Source of the DNA: Thalia democratica
Taxonomy: Eukaryota
DNA: 64,000 bases
Direction: 5' to 3'
Assembly: GCA_965202585.1 (NCBI GenBank)
Contig: OZ241827.1
Coordinates: forward strand, 55,986,001-56,050,000
The stretch's first letter is position 1, and each line of letters begins with the position of its first letter. The notes beneath the pieces are model-generated. The model was not told where the DNA came from. It saw only the letters and a program-made list of their open reading frames with translations, and made no database searches. Below are positions 62,374-64,000 of the stretch, piece after piece. The position numbers and the translations under genes were made by a program.

Positions 62374-64000
62374 TTTTATTACAGTTATTTTCAAAAATAA
62401 GTGTTTTTTATTTTCGAACGAGCAAACATTAAATATAAAATACTAACTCTGTGAGCTTTTCTAGCTTCTTGTTCGAAATACTTATCCATTAATTTTTAAA
62501 CTTTTTAAACTTCACTATATGAAAAATGATTAGTTAATAACTCAATTAGTTTGTGTTAATCAAGCAATACAAAAATATTATAATCAGCTAATATTTTGAT
62601 TAAACAAAAGTCTAAAGTACAAAATAAGTGCTGACTCATTTTATTGTTTAAAGTAATTGTAAAACTGATCGAAATTTCACGCAACCAATTTTTCTTTAAT
62701 TTGTTTTAAGTTGATCAGAGTACTTTGTTTTTACGTAACGTTTATCAACTTAAACTGATAAACAAAGTAAACACCTTTAAGATTAATTGAAAATGTAAAA
62801 AGCTCGAGATTATTGATTAATATGTACAAAATTGAATGTAAACTTCAAAATATATGTAGTTAAATTTTTGCTAAGTTTAAAACATTTCGAACTTTTTATG
62901 GTAATTTCAAGGTAGTAAACAAAACTGACTTTAGATTATTAACTCTTAAACAATATACATTAAAACTTCTTGTATACTAAATTTAAAAGATAGTTTAACT
63001 TGCAATGACTCAATACTACTTAATAGTATTCAGTAGAAACAGAATTTAAAGTTTTTAAGACAAGTTAAAAAAAAATTAAGTAAAAAGTAGTATCTGAGCT
63101 TTAAAAAAATTTAAGATAAATAGATAAACTGTTGAAGACAAAATCTACTTGAATAAAGCTTGAAGAAAATTAGTAAGTACATTTTAGAATAGGTGGTTAG
63201 GGTTTTCTAAAGAAATGTGTAAATCTAAAACCATATTATTAATTTTTGTTTAAACTATTGCTTAATGAACTTTTAATTTTTATAAATTTTCGTAAAACAA
63301 AAACAAGTATATGTGTTGCATATTTTGTAGATCACGCAAAAAAAAACAAATTCAAATTAGTTTGTAAAATTCATGTTTTAATTTTTTTTACTAAACATTC
63401 ATAATGTTTACTATTAAAACAGTAAAAAGAAAAACTTTAACTTTAGATAACAGAAAGCGTATTTGAATCTTATAATCGCTTACTTCTTAAAATATCTTCA
63501 TACAAACATAAATTATTACGCTAAACTCATTTCTTGATAAATTTAAAAAAACAAAAACTTTTCTACTACTCTTATCATGTCATTGCTAGTTACAAATTCT
63601 AATTCTATTTCCACACGCATCACGAGTTATGAACGGATTAGTCATTGAACAATTTGTGCAGCTCAATTATTAACCATCGCAATTGTGTGTCAGGTGCAAG
63701 TTTGTTTAATCGCAAAATTATCTTTTTAAAACAAACAAACAAAAACCACCGCAATTTTTCGTGCATGCGAACACCAACCTTGTGTTTTTATTGCGCATTA
63801 AGTTTTATTGCTTGTTTTATGAAAACAGCATGTGCTTTATTGTGCAAAAAAATGGTTGTTATTGCGCTGTTTGAAAGTAAAAAGTAGTAAAGTGATAATA
63901 AAAACTTTCAGTAGTTTACAATTTCAATTCTAAAATTATGTTTAAGATGTATATAAATAGTGAAATAACATTGTGTTAGTTTGAATTTAACTAAATAGGT

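Overview
AT-rich (roughly 25% GC by eye) intron-rich animal DNA. No prokaryotic features, tRNA, rRNA or CRISPR were seen. The TGACGTCA excess and an EMI+4xFAS1 gene are compatible with a tunicate, but the species cannot be fixed from sequence alone. I reconstructed four spliced genes with phase-consistent exons. (1) A LAP-family (Erbin/Densin-180-like) LRR gene on the minus strand, which runs off the left edge. (2) A complete 13-exon TGFBI/periostin-like fasciclin gene (+, 793 aa). (3) A short C2H2 zinc-finger gene (+). (4) A small unrecognised His-rich, Pro/Gly/Tyr-rich protein gene (-), whose 5' end is uncertain. Mobile DNA includes two Penelope-like (RT/GIY-YIG) remnants, three hammerhead-ribozyme cores tied to their ends, a 4.5-kb Buster/Charlie hAT inserted in one Penelope element with a perfect 8-bp TSD, and several MITE families. 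The most striking signal is the splice grammar: 21 of 26 frame-validated donors are GTY (19 GTT) rather than GTR, several acceptors are A-rich with no pyrimidine tract, and exon GC3 swings from about 30% to 90% within one gene.
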